In this document: piece after piece, positions 17,840 to 27,541 of the stretch
Layout: each line of letters opens with the position of its first letter
How positions within the stretch are numbered: the first letter of the stretch is position 1
Source: Patescibacteria group bacterium
GTDB taxonomy: Bacteria > Patescibacteriota > Microgenomatia > UBA8517
Reading direction: 5' to 3'
NCBI GenBank assembly: GCA_022868165.1
Contig: JALHYA010000002.1
Span: 1,478-65,477 of the forward strand
DNA length: 64,000 nt
Translations under genes and position numbers: made by a program
Notes under the pieces: generated by a model
Told to the model about the DNA's origin: nothing
Databases searched by the model: none
What the model saw: only the letters and a program-made list of their open reading frames with translations

Positions 17840-19834
17840 TTATCTAGGTTTTAAGTTAGCAGCACGCATATCGGCATCTACCATCATTTTTACCAATTCT
17901 TTGAATTTCACTTTGGGTTTCCAGCCTATTAACTTCTCTGCTTTTCCAATATCAGCCTGTAATACATCAACCTCAGTAGGTCTATAATACCTTTCGTCTA
18001 TCTCGACGTATTTCTGCCAAGATAAACCTGCAATACCAAAAGCTTCCTCAACAAATTCTTTTACTGTGTGTGTTTCTCCAGTGCCTATAACTATATCTTC
18101 CGGATACGGTAATTGCATTATCTCCCAGATTGCCTCCATATATTCTTTTGCGTAGCCCCAATCACGCCTAGCCTCTAGGTTGCCTAGCAACAGCTTATCC
18201 TGTTTGCCTGATAATATATTAGCTATGCTCTTGGTAATCTTACGAGTAACAAAAGTCTCGCCTCTGCGTGGACTATTATGAACTTTGATCAGATTAGCAC
18301 CAGTGGCAAAGGATTGCGATTCTGTCTGAATGTCATAAAACCAGTTATCCTCTGCTGCAGTATCTACAATATCGACAATCTCGTCTTTATCTCTTGTCAG
18401 GTGCCTTCCTTTATTGGTAGGTTTATCTGTAGTAAACTGTGCATAATAGTAACGTCTTCCAGCACGATAATCACACTTAACTTTAGCTTCCTGGTTTGGC
18501 GATATAGCAAACATGAGATATACCAAACCTAAACACAGTGTCGCAGACTTCGTTGTGAATCCTTTATATTTATAAGTTTCATTGCCTTTTTGCCTACCAT
18601 CTGCCATATAATAACCCTCGTAGAAAACTTTCTTGGCGATATTGTCACTGTTTAATACAAAAATTGGAATTCTCTTTTCGCTGCTTCGTTCTGTATATAT
18701 ATGGCTTCTTAACCAATGACCAAACGCACTATCATTATTTATATCTAAATCCCAGATATCATTTCGGCATCCATCATATTCGCCAACACCTTTATTTGTT
18801 AATCTATAGCTCCATCCATATCGCTTGATAACAGGCAAGGCAATCGTCAGCAATTCCTCTTTGTCAATACCAATTAATCGTATTCCTCCATCAAGTGCTA
18901 TATGCCCATCGCCTACTATATAACCTATGAATCGCAAAAGAGAAATGTCATCATTAAATAATGATTGATTGTTCTCGGGGTATTCTATTTTGAAAAGCTT
19001 ATTACCAATACCTAGATTAACTGTCATTACTTCCGCCCCATCATCCTTGAATACTGCGTGTTCAAAGGTAGCTTCATAACATGCTTTTCTAGATTGAATA
19101 AGTCTTACTCTCTTTTTGGCATCTTTATAACATGAACCGCTTAGAACACGTGTCCATTCTTTCCCATTCCATACATGCGAGTTAGCATATTCATCTTTCA
19201 GTCCTTCATATTTATGTTTCTCAGTTCTAAACATATCCTCAATTGGAATTATATCTATTAATCCATTGTCCTTTTTGACAATCAATGGGCTATTCTTCAA
19301 TATGCTCTCATGGTTAAATAGAATCCCGTTCACGGCAAAGATACCATAACTGTTCCTATAATGTATGGTTTCAAAATAACTGTGTAATTTTGCGATTGCA
19401 TAAGGACTGCCGGGCAACATAGGAGTATCTTCATTTTGCGGTGGTGGAGAATTGCCAAATTGTTCCGAGCTGGCAGCATTATAAAATTTAGTGTCTGGCT
19501 TAACTTGCCTAACAGCTTCTAGCAATCTAGTAGTTCCAAGAGCCGTAACATTTTCCGTATATTCAGGAATTTCAAAACTCACTTTTACGTGGCTCATTGA
19601 AGCAAGGTTGTAAATTTCATCAGGCTGTATCTTATGTATTAAACTGAATAGACTTCCGCTATCTGTCATATCTCCAAAGTGTAGTTGCAGTTCATCAAAT
19701 ATATGGTCTATACGTTGCGTGTTGAATGATGAGCTGCGCCGAATTATTCCATGGACTTCATAGTTCTTAGATAATAGTAATTCTGCTAAGTAAGAACCAT
19801 CTTGCCCAGTAACGCCGGTGATTAGGGCTTTCAT
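17840..19834 (-). CDS. gmd: GDP-mannose 4,6-dehydratase containing an intein
   Basis: ALITGVTGQDGSYLAE, YAIAK, LFNHE|...|SPRRGETFVTRKI, LGNLEARRDWG. Confidence 0.95.
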   Translation of the reverse strand: MKALITGVTGQDGSYLAELLLSKNYEVHGIIRRSSSFNTQRIDHIFDELQLHFGDMTDSGSLFSLIHKIQPDEIYNLASMSHVKVSFEIPEYTENVTALGTTRLLEAVRQVKPDTKFYNAASSEQFGNSPPPQNEDTPMLPGSPYAIAKLHSYFETIHYRNSYGIFAVNGILFNHESILKNSPLIVKKDNGLIDIIPIEDMFRTEKHKYEGLKDEYANSHVWNGKEWTRVLSGSCYKDAKKRVRLIQSRKACYEATFEHAVFKDDGAEVMTVNLGIGNKLFKIEYPENNQSLFNDDISLLRFIGYIVGDGHIALDGGIRLIGIDKEELLTIALPVIKRYGWSYRLTNKGVGEYDGCRNDIWDLDINNDSAFGHWLRSHIYTERSSEKRIPIFVLNSDNIAKKVFYEGYYMADGRQKGNETYKYKGFTTKSATLCLGLVYLMFAISPNQEAKVKCDYRAGRRYYYAQFTTDKPTNKGRHLTRDKDEIVDIVDTAAEDNWFYDIQTESQSFATGANLIKVHNSPRRGETFVTRKITKSIANILSGKQDKLLLGNLEARRDWGYAKEYMEAIWEIMQLPYPEDIVIGTGETHTVKEFVEEAFGIAGLSWQKYVEIDERYYRPTEVDVLQADIGKAEKLIGWKPKVKFKELVKMMVDADMRAANLKPR
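18275..19306 (-). mobile_element. Intein (344 aa) with LAGLIDADG homing endonuclease
   Basis: Starts SILKNSPLIV, ends ANLIKVHN before Ser; FIGYIVGDG and FYEGYYMADG motifs; removal leaves a 320-aa Gmd with intact NHESPRRG. Confidence 0.92.
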
Positions 19835-20613
19835 TATTTATTCTCCTTTTTGATTATGGCTCCGACACCGGTGAAATAAATCTCGGTTGACTTGCATCTT
19901 GCTTTCCGGGCAAAATCCGCAAAGGCATAGTTCCACGATACATCGTGAGAGAGCAACAACCCTCCAGTGCCTAGATAGTCCCAGACTGTGGTATATTCAA
20001 ATGTCATGTTATCATAGGTGTGTTCACTATCATGCAGAAAGATATCAACCTTACCAAGTTCAGCCAATAGGCTTGGCAGTAAATCTTTGCTCTTCCCTAA
20101 TCTTAGATTCCATCTTTCTTTGAGGTATGGGGGTATGGCAAGCCCTGTCTCCTTCCCTTCAGGAATGAGAGAGCTGTCGGTCAATGCGTAGTTGGGAAAA
20201 TCTATTGAATAGAGTGTGCCTTCCCCGTTGTCTTGCAATGCTTGCAGGATAAAAGCTGATGATATTCCGGCAGCAACTCCTGTCTCAACTACCACCTCTG
20301 GCCGTAGTATTCGAACTATGACATAAAGGAAGTCAGGCGTTGCGATTTCTCCATAATAGATCCCGTTCAAGGAGTTTGCTATATATGTTTGTAATTTCTG
20401 GTTAGAGGCAATGGCTTCCCAATACTCCTGTAAATTACCTACAGTCGCCCCTATGCGCTTTGTTAGTCGCTTAGTTTGGGATTGTATTACTCCAGCTTTC
20501 CCAGAAACCACATATCTGAGCATAGCTAATGGGTCAGTTAATCCTATTTTCAACGCTCTTGGACTGACTAGCGGTCTTGTGAGTGACTGATGTTTATAAA
20601 TCCCTTTAGGCAT
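19834..20613 (-). CDS. Class I SAM methyltransferase (Methyltransf_24-like)
   Basis: VVETGVAAGISS, FLHDSEHTY, LLSHD. Confidence 0.85.
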   Translation of the reverse strand: MPKGIYKHQSLTRPLVSPRALKIGLTDPLAMLRYVVSGKAGVIQSQTKRLTKRIGATVGNLQEYWEAIASNQKLQTYIANSLNGIYYGEIATPDFLYVIVRILRPEVVVETGVAAGISSAFILQALQDNGEGTLYSIDFPNYALTDSSLIPEGKETGLAIPPYLKERWNLRLGKSKDLLPSLLAELGKVDIFLHDSEHTYDNMTFEYTTVWDYLGTGGLLLSHDVSWNYAFADFARKARCKSTEIYFTGVGAIIKKENK

Positions 20614-21169
20614 CTATCATTTCCTCAAGTTCTTGTCTGATGTCTTTCCCGCTTATGCTATTGCCAATACAATCCCAACCGTCTACTTTTTGGCGGGCAA
20701 ATAGTTCTATACGGGTAAGATCGCCAAATAATTTCACGATTTCATTTCTAAATTCACTAGGCTTTTTGGAGTGGTGAGCTCTTGGATAGAATTGGACATT
20801 TCTAACAGAAGCATCTAACCTCTTACAACCATTCCCTTTAGTTGCCAAAAGACATATTTCAGCGTTTGCCCTAGTATATCTCCCCATACCCATAAGCGGG
20901 TTGTTGCCGAGAGTAGTTTTAACCCAAGTGAAAGCTACCGTCTTATACTTAAAACCCCAAGCGTTTACGACTTTCAACCCCTCCTCTAGTTGCGGGTATG
21001 TAACCCATAGAAGCAACACGGAATTATCATCTGCGGGAATAACTAAATTGCAAATATCTTCAGTTGCCATCGTTGGATAATGGCTTTCAGCCCCACCGCC
21101 ATGACTTTTACTTTTATCGTTATAATGCCACGGCGGGTCAGCATAGATTATCTGGTATTTCTTATTCAT
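20606..21169 (-). CDS. MT-A70-family adenine methyltransferase
   Basis: IIYADPPW, AFTWVK, HSKKP, IELFAR. Confidence 0.92.
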   Translation of the reverse strand: MNKKYQIIYADPPWHYNDKSKSHGGGAESHYPTMATEDICNLVIPADDNSVLLLWVTYPQLEEGLKVVNAWGFKYKTVAFTWVKTTLGNNPLMGMGRYTRANAEICLLATKGNGCKRLDASVRNVQFYPRAHHSKKPSEFRNEIVKLFGDLTRIELFARQKVDGWDCIGNSISGKDIRQELEEMIDA

Positions 21170-21171
21170 AT

Positions 21172-21897
21172 TTATTTATGACCAGCCTCCCTTGCTTTTT
21201 TCCTGCAGATGAATATGTTTAGAAAGCAGAAATTTGGATAGGCGAATAAGTTTATAAAGCGAAACAGCCATAATGTTCTAGCAGGATAACGGGTAGTAAG
21301 TAGGTAGGAAATCGGCAATGTGGGAAATACCCCTTTCCTCTTTACAATGGCAAAGCCTTTCTTGATTAAGAGGTCTATATATTCAGCGATGGGTCTATCG
21401 CCTGGATGCTCTTGGATACTAGAAGTTCTGGCTAGCTTTCCTGTAAGGAGAAAGTATAGGCGACAAAGAATATGTGCTAAGTTAGGAATTGAGATGAGGA
21501 GAATGCCGTTGCGTTTCAGCACCCTGCTAATCTCTGCTAGGGCTTTCTCTTGATTAGAATAATGCAGATGCTCTATCGTATCTAGACAGAGAACTAAATT
21601 AAAATGATTGTCTTTGAATGGCATTTGGGTAATATCGCCTTGAACCACAACATCAGAGGCGTAGTTTAAGTCCAAGCCAATGATGCTGTAACCTTCCTTT
21701 TTGAACTGTTCAACTAGAATTCCTTCTCCGCATCCGGCATCAAGTATAGCCCAATTCTTGGGGATACTTTGGACATACTCTCGCACAAGTTTCATCTTAG
21801 CTTGGTAAGTGGGATAATAGGAATCGTTGGGGCTTAGGTATCTATGATACTCTCCTTTCTCGGCATATATTCCCGTCATTATGATTTCTTTTGGCAT
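21172..21897 (-). CDS. Class I SAM methyltransferase
   Basis: ILDAGCGEG, DTIEHL, RVLK; likely start 21897. Confidence 0.88.
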   Translation of the reverse strand: MPKEIIMTGIYAEKGEYHRYLSPNDSYYPTYQAKMKLVREYVQSIPKNWAILDAGCGEGILVEQFKKEGYSIIGLDLNYASDVVVQGDITQMPFKDNHFNLVLCLDTIEHLHYSNQEKALAEISRVLKRNGILLISIPNLAHILCRLYFLLTGKLARTSSIQEHPGDRPIAEYIDLLIKKGFAIVKRKGVFPTLPISYLLTTRYPARTLWLFRFINLFAYPNFCFLNIFICRKKAREAGHK

Positions 21898-21902
21898 AAG
21901 TG

Positions 21903-22706
21903 TTACTGTTCCTTTTCTGCGATTAGACAATATAACATAGCATAGTCGTCTACACCTACTTTTAGACGGCTTAGTATGTAAAAAATCAACCCTATAATAC
22001 GCAGAAGAATGTCCCAAGGCCACCAACTAACTGACAACGGCCACGGATGCCATCTAGGGCTTTGTAGGAATAGAGCCATAGCACTATAGTGGTTACCAAG
22101 TGCTTCAAAATGAAAAAGGTTAAATTTTGCCAGCATTTCTTTTATTGCTGAGGGGCTGAATCTATAGAAATCATCCGGTGCTCCATGAAAAGGAAAAATG
22201 AAGGGAACTGTTAAAAACAGCTTTCCCCCCGGCCTCAATACACGATATATTTCATCTATAGCTTTCTTAGGTGCGCTGATATGTTCAAAAACTACAAAGC
22301 AGGTAAAGGCATCTATCGAATTTGCCTCATAGTGCATGTTCATCATATCAAGGTATTCTAGACCTTCGCCTGAAATGTTGGTCATAGTATATTTCTGTGA
22401 CGAAGTGGCAAACCGCCCGTAATCTTCCGCTTTATCAGCACCTAATTCAACTATTTCACCTTTCAGCATGGGCATCAACTCTTTTATCGCCTTGTTTTGC
22501 AATATTCTAGCAGGTGTTTCCATCCCAACTATATATTTAATCAGCACACCAATGCCTAATGGAACAGGACGGCTAATTATGCCCTTATGTACTTTTGCTA
22601 AAGGAGTATGAAAGGCTAGCACAAAGGCCTTCTTTAGTAATGCGAAATTCTTGTGCATATCACTTGACCATATCGGATGTGCATTAAATTGTTTCTTAAG
22701 GCTCAT
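21903..22706 (-). CDS. Class I SAM methyltransferase
   Basis: VELGA, VFEHI, RVLRPGG, PFHGAPDDFYRF. Confidence 0.85.
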   Translation of the reverse strand: MSLKKQFNAHPIWSSDMHKNFALLKKAFVLAFHTPLAKVHKGIISRPVPLGIGVLIKYIVGMETPARILQNKAIKELMPMLKGEIVELGADKAEDYGRFATSSQKYTMTNISGEGLEYLDMMNMHYEANSIDAFTCFVVFEHISAPKKAIDEIYRVLRPGGKLFLTVPFIFPFHGAPDDFYRFSPSAIKEMLAKFNLFHFEALGNHYSAMALFLQSPRWHPWPLSVSWWPWDILLRIIGLIFYILSRLKVGVDDYAMLYCLIAEKEQ

Positions 22707-23196
22707 TTCTGTACTCGTATATAACAGATTGTCCGCTTCTGAAAACTTCTTGGCATAGAGTCATATCCAGAGACACCCAGTCTTTTATTGTCCTTAATCC
22801 TTCTCCCTTACCTAAGCCAACAATTTTCTGTTTTTCTGAGTTCCATGCTCGTACAAAGATATAATAATGTCCTGCAACAGGTTTGTTATCGATTAATATC
22901 ATAGGCAACTCTCGGAGGATAATGTTATGGAAACTGTTCAATAGTATTACTGCATTATAATCACCAACTATCGGTATACTTAAATCCCCTTTGTCATTAA
23001 GCCACTTGGCGCATTGCACGTCATCTTTGGTATATATTCCTACTATACCCGTACGCTCACCACTTAGGGCAAAGCTATAAGGCACAACCAGTTTGTCTAC
23101 GATATTGCTTCTCATTGCCTCATAAACTGAACCAGAGGTAAAAGCAAAATAGATTAACAATATTGTTATTGTTGACCAAATTGTTCTTTTGCTCAT
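22696..23196 (-). CDS. C-terminal part of a DUF2206-like membrane protein
   Basis: Start MSKRTIW; LIYFAFTSGSVYE...PYS...DVQCAKWL...IVGD resembles the soluble tail of archaeal DUF2206 proteins. Confidence 0.55.
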   Translation of the reverse strand: MSKRTIWSTITILLIYFAFTSGSVYEAMRSNIVDKLVVPYSFALSGERTGIVGIYTKDDVQCAKWLNDKGDLSIPIVGDYNAVILLNSFHNIILRELPMILIDNKPVAGHYYIFVRAWNSEKQKIVGLGKGEGLRTIKDWVSLDMTLCQEVFRSGQSVIYEYRNEP

Positions 23197-23327
23197 TGTG
23201 GTGGCATAAATGCTGGCATTTTTAGAAAGAATAATACAAAGATAGTTATTACTGCCAGCCCTAATAGTATTATGCAAAACCATCTTGCTACCTCAATCAT
23301 TATAGATTTCGTTCTTTGTACTTCCAT
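23193..23327 (-). CDS. 44-aa single-TM protein between the two DUF2206 halves
   Basis: GGAG RBS; MEVQRTKSIMIEVARWFCIILLGLAVITIFVLFFLKMPAFMPPQ; stop overlaps ATG 23196. Confidence 0.55.
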   Translation of the reverse strand: MEVQRTKSIMIEVARWFCIILLGLAVITIFVLFFLKMPAFMPPQ

Positions 23328-24657
23328 TTGCAACTCCTTCGCATCCCAGCACCAACATTGGAGCTAGGAAAAATAGACTCATATGGTAAATTCTAGTTAT
23401 ATTTATAAGCAAATCAAAGTGGGGTACGAATACGCCACATAGCAAAAGCACAAAACTACAGCCCACCCCAGCTGTGAATTCAGCTGTGAATTTATATCTT
23501 GAATGTCTAAATAATAGATAGCCAGCACCAATGACTATCAATAACTGTGTTAAGTATTGCACTATTCTGAAAATCTTGCCTTCAATTGGCTGTCCGATGA
23601 AATCTAAACCTGTCCCTGCCAAGACAAGATGCCCATGTTCTTTGGAATATGGTTCGACATCAGTTGCTATTGCTTCACTAGGATTAGCTGCTTCACTAGG
23701 ATTGTCCGCTTCTTTGCTAACTGTTATATTGCTACTAACTGCCATACTGCTTGTGCCTATCTTTTTCTTTTCATCTGCTACGTCTGCCTTTTCCTCTTCA
23801 TGCTTTGCTTTTGCTTCGTCAAGCCTGTTTGATGCTAGCGTGCTGTAGCTGCTAGAAACAAAAGATAGTTGTTGGTTAATTGCACCTTTAGAAGCATAGT
23901 GATAATAGACATAGAATGTTCCCGAACAAAGTATAAATATTATAGACAGAATAGCAACAGGTATTCGCTTGAAAGAAAACAGTCCCCATTTAGATTTGCT
24001 CGTTGCTAATCGAACCATGACGATGCCTAACAAGTAGAGCAATGCTGCTATGCCTACAGTATAATGACAGATAATTGTTAAGATTAGACAAGTCAATATG
24101 ATAGTTCCCTTGTACCACAAAGACCAGTTGCCCACCATTGCTAAAATCATCAAAGCAAAGAAGAATTCAGCAACCATAGACTTTGCAATTTGAGCTATTT
24201 CAAGGCTATACACTGGCATTACTATAAAGAATAAGGAGGCATAGAAAGCCCTCTTGCTACCGATTTGTTCCTTGAAAGCATAATACAAAATTACTGGAAC
24301 GCCAACTAAGAACAAAGGCAGAATGGCTTTATATATCCATATGGCATCTATGCTTGATAGTTTTGATAACCAAGGAACTAAGAAGCCCATCACAATTGAT
24401 GTAATACTCCCACCTATGCCTCCAGACGTTGTACCGTTTAGGAAATCCCAGCCGGTACTCAATGCTATTTGGCTAACTGCAAGTTCACCTTGTATGTCCG
24501 AACCAACAACATAATCTCCAAGCATAGTTGTAGAGTAGACTAATCCTAGCGCCATTATGCCTATACAATAAGGATAATGCTTTGCTTTAATCACTTCAGT
24601 AGCTACCAGAATTGTGATGACTGCAACTACTAGAATTGATGCTACCCCTAAAATCAT
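23293..24657 (-). CDS. DUF2206-like polytopic membrane protein (possible GT-C fold), N-terminal part
   Basis: About 11 TM segments; VGSDIQGE, AKSMVAEFF, CHYT, TRIYHMSLFFLAP. Confidence 0.65.
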   Translation of the reverse strand: MILGVASILVVAVITILVATEVIKAKHYPYCIGIMALGLVYSTTMLGDYVVGSDIQGELAVSQIALSTGWDFLNGTTSGGIGGSITSIVMGFLVPWLSKLSSIDAIWIYKAILPLFLVGVPVILYYAFKEQIGSKRAFYASLFFIVMPVYSLEIAQIAKSMVAEFFFALMILAMVGNWSLWYKGTIILTCLILTIICHYTVGIAALLYLLGIVMVRLATSKSKWGLFSFKRIPVAILSIIFILCSGTFYVYYHYASKGAINQQLSFVSSSYSTLASNRLDEAKAKHEEEKADVADEKKKIGTSSMAVSSNITVSKEADNPSEAANPSEAIATDVEPYSKEHGHLVLAGTGLDFIGQPIEGKIFRIVQYLTQLLIVIGAGYLLFRHSRYKFTAEFTAGVGCSFVLLLCGVFVPHFDLLINITRIYHMSLFFLAPMLVLGCEGVANGSTKNEIYND

Positions 24658-24693
24658 TTTTTCAACTCCATAACCATGTTTACTTCCTTATTT

Positions 24694-26064
24694 TCACCAA
24701 TAGACTAGTGGCTTGCCATGTAGCAACCTACCCAATGCCAAAAGCAAATTATAAAAATCTCCTTTGGGATTTCTTAAAGCCCGCTTCATTATTGTCAAAA
24801 TGTTTATTCTTCGAAATACAGAAAGAAAATGGTTTAGTTCTTCCTTTGTCAACTTCTCCGACAGGACTATCGGGCTTTTATTCTGCATGGCGTCTATGTC
24901 CAGTCTGCTCCAATCCATATTATCGTTGACCAAGCCCTTCTGCTTGGCATACTCCCATACCGGTGTTCCAGGAAGCGGGGTCAGCAAATGTACCGCAAAG
25001 GAACTCAACGGAGCTTTTTTGACAAATCTCAATGTTTGTAGGATATCAGCAAAAGTTTCCTGCGGTGAGCCAATAATAAACGTTCCACTCGCCTTTATCC
25101 CATATTTTCTAATTGTCTTGACAGCATTCATATTATCCTCTACTGTTACGCCTTTCCCTTTTAGGTATTCCAAAATCCGAGGTGAAGATGACTCCAGCCC
25201 TAGTGAAATCCCCGTCACATTCATCCGCTTCAATAACTGGGTTACCTCGTCAGTAATCAAGTTGGCTCTGGCATTGCAATCAGGGAAACTCACTTTGCCT
25301 AGGAGATTCCCCTCCTGCAGCAATTCTACTATTTGCCTGAGCCTTTGTCTGTCGGCTATGAATAGCGAATCGTAGATTGAAATGGTTTCAACTTTATGTT
25401 CCTCAACCAATTGCTTAATTTCAGCGACAACATAGCTAGGCGAGAAGAATCTAATTCCTCTCCAATACACAGTAGGATAACAAAAAGCACATCTATAGGG
25501 ACAGCCTCTTGAGGTAAGTATATAACTAGCTTTACACTTGCCAAATATATCTCTTGCCGCCATTGGTATCTTGTCTAAGGGCTCTATCAGCTTTCGCCTT
25601 TTGGTGATGACAAGTTCATTGTCCTTCTTGAAAACAATGCCATCGACACTATGTAATTGGTCTTTATCAAAGAAGCCTTTTTTGAGAAACAGGTAAAGAA
25701 GGTCAATAATGGTTTCTTCGCCTTCACCAATAACTCCCACATCCATATCTTTTGTCAACGTGGATGGCAGCGCAGAAATGTGTACGCCACCTATGATGAC
25801 CGGTAACTGATATTCCTTGCAGGTTTGGGCATAGCTGATTGCCCTATTGTAATATTGAGTCGTAGAGGTGATACCCACAATATCTGGCTTGAATGCCTTT
25901 ATGCCCTCGTCAATATCGTGGTCAATTACCTTGAACTCTACTGAATCAGAGCCAAAGTTTGTTCTTATCGAGCTGGCTAAATAAGCGAGACCTAGCGGCG
26001 GGTACATAACCTCAAATTCCCTCCTTAGATTGACGGCATTAACAAACATAAATTTCAGTTTCAT
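24694..26064 (-). CDS. B12-binding radical SAM protein
   Basis: PPLGLAYLAS, GGVH, GEGEET, TSRGCPYRCAFC. Confidence 0.93.
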   Translation of the reverse strand: MKLKFMFVNAVNLRREFEVMYPPLGLAYLASSIRTNFGSDSVEFKVIDHDIDEGIKAFKPDIVGITSTTQYYNRAISYAQTCKEYQLPVIIGGVHISALPSTLTKDMDVGVIGEGEETIIDLLYLFLKKGFFDKDQLHSVDGIVFKKDNELVITKRRKLIEPLDKIPMAARDIFGKCKASYILTSRGCPYRCAFCYPTVYWRGIRFFSPSYVVAEIKQLVEEHKVETISIYDSLFIADRQRLRQIVELLQEGNLLGKVSFPDCNARANLITDEVTQLLKRMNVTGISLGLESSSPRILEYLKGKGVTVEDNMNAVKTIRKYGIKASGTFIIGSPQETFADILQTLRFVKKAPLSSFAVHLLTPLPGTPVWEYAKQKGLVNDNMDWSRLDIDAMQNKSPIVLSEKLTKEELNHFLSVFRRINILTIMKRALRNPKGDFYNLLLALGRLLHGKPLVYW

Positions 26065-27536
26065 TTTATATTCTTCAGTTTAGCACGTATATATTTGTAA
26101 TAGAATTTAGGAAAAAACATAAACTTTAGCAGTGAAAAGTCTCCTTTGGCAAGGCGTTGCAAACCTTGCACAATAGCAACTTTGGAATGTGACCCTGCAA
26201 AGGTGGCAATCAGCGAAACTTTCCTGTCTACTATAAAACTTTGCATAGTGGCTGGAAGTAATTTATCAATATATAATGGTATGTTAGACAATTGGTTCAA
26301 CTTGGCATTTAACTTGTATTCAACTCGGTCATACCACGAAAAGTCGTGTGGCAATGTACCTTGTTTGCGAGCAATTGCTTCTAGTTCTGTTCCGGGAAAA
26401 ATCATAGTTGGCTGAATAGGGCAAATAAAGCCATAGGTTCTCTCAATCCGATCAATCAGATTCGATGTTTCTATGAGGTCTTGCTCATCTTCCCCTGGGA
26501 AAGAGAACATAAAATAAGGTTGAACAATTATATCAATATCATGGCACTCCTTACAAAAGCTAAGAATCTGGCTAACTGAAATGCCTTTTCCTATTCGTGA
26601 AAGAATTCTTGGCGAACCAGATTCTACGCCTATTGCGATTGAAACACAGCCGGCCTTTTTCATAAGTTCTAATAGTTCCAGTGGTATATTGACCCTACTT
26701 TCACACCACCACTTCAATTTTAGATTCCTACCTATTAGTTCTTGGCACATCGCCCTGACATGATGAGGATTAGCTGTGAAAGTTAAATCAAGGAAGTTAA
26801 TGCCTTCTATATTGAATTTGTCCCTGTAAGACTCTATCTCATTGACAACATCTTTTGCCTTTCGTGTTCGGTATTTCATTCCAGCCTTTGAACAGAATAT
26901 ACATTTGTATGGGCAACCACGAGACGACATAACACTGATTGCACGAATAGGCTCTAGATACCCAAAGATATGTTCCGGGTATTCATCCCAACTAAATTTT
27001 GTATAGGGCTGTAAACTATCCAAATCATCAAAAATGGGTTGGTCTGGATTGTTAGTGATGCGATTATCCTCTCTATATGTAATGCCCTTTACCTGCCTCA
27101 AATCTTTCCCTTCATCTACATTATTTATTATCTCTACAATAGTTATTTCCCCTTCTCCCCGAACGACAATATCAACTTCCGGCACCCTTCGTAACGTATC
27201 TTCGGCACAATGCATGAAATGCACTCCTCCAACAACCACCAGTGACTTGGGATAAAGCTTCTTTACATATTCTGCTACCTTGACAGCCTCAAAGCGTGTG
27301 TGCGTTACTGAGGTAATTCCAAAGATGCGTGACTCATTATTCTTGAGCACTTCTTTTATGGGCTTGCCCTGATATCTTCTCTGTTCTAAGTCAATGATTT
27401 CCACCTTGTGCACAGTCCTACTTTCAATAGATGAGGCCAAATAAAAAAGGGAAAGGGGACGTGTTAGTTGCCAATATTGTTCCGTAGCAGCACCTGCAGA
27501 GACCGATTTTGCAGGTTGAATCAATGTTATTTTCAT
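26061..27536 (-). CDS. B12-binding radical SAM protein
   Basis: GGVH, GEGE, SSRGCPYKCIFC, GVESGS. Confidence 0.93.
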   Translation of the reverse strand: MKITLIQPAKSVSAGAATEQYWQLTRPLSLFYLASSIESRTVHKVEIIDLEQRRYQGKPIKEVLKNNESRIFGITSVTHTRFEAVKVAEYVKKLYPKSLVVVGGVHFMHCAEDTLRRVPEVDIVVRGEGEITIVEIINNVDEGKDLRQVKGITYREDNRITNNPDQPIFDDLDSLQPYTKFSWDEYPEHIFGYLEPIRAISVMSSRGCPYKCIFCSKAGMKYRTRKAKDVVNEIESYRDKFNIEGINFLDLTFTANPHHVRAMCQELIGRNLKLKWWCESRVNIPLELLELMKKAGCVSIAIGVESGSPRILSRIGKGISVSQILSFCKECHDIDIIVQPYFMFSFPGEDEQDLIETSNLIDRIERTYGFICPIQPTMIFPGTELEAIARKQGTLPHDFSWYDRVEYKLNAKLNQLSNIPLYIDKLLPATMQSFIVDRKVSLIATFAGSHSKVAIVQGLQRLAKGDFSLLKFMFFPKFYYKYIRAKLKNIK

Positions 27537-27541
27537 TAGCT

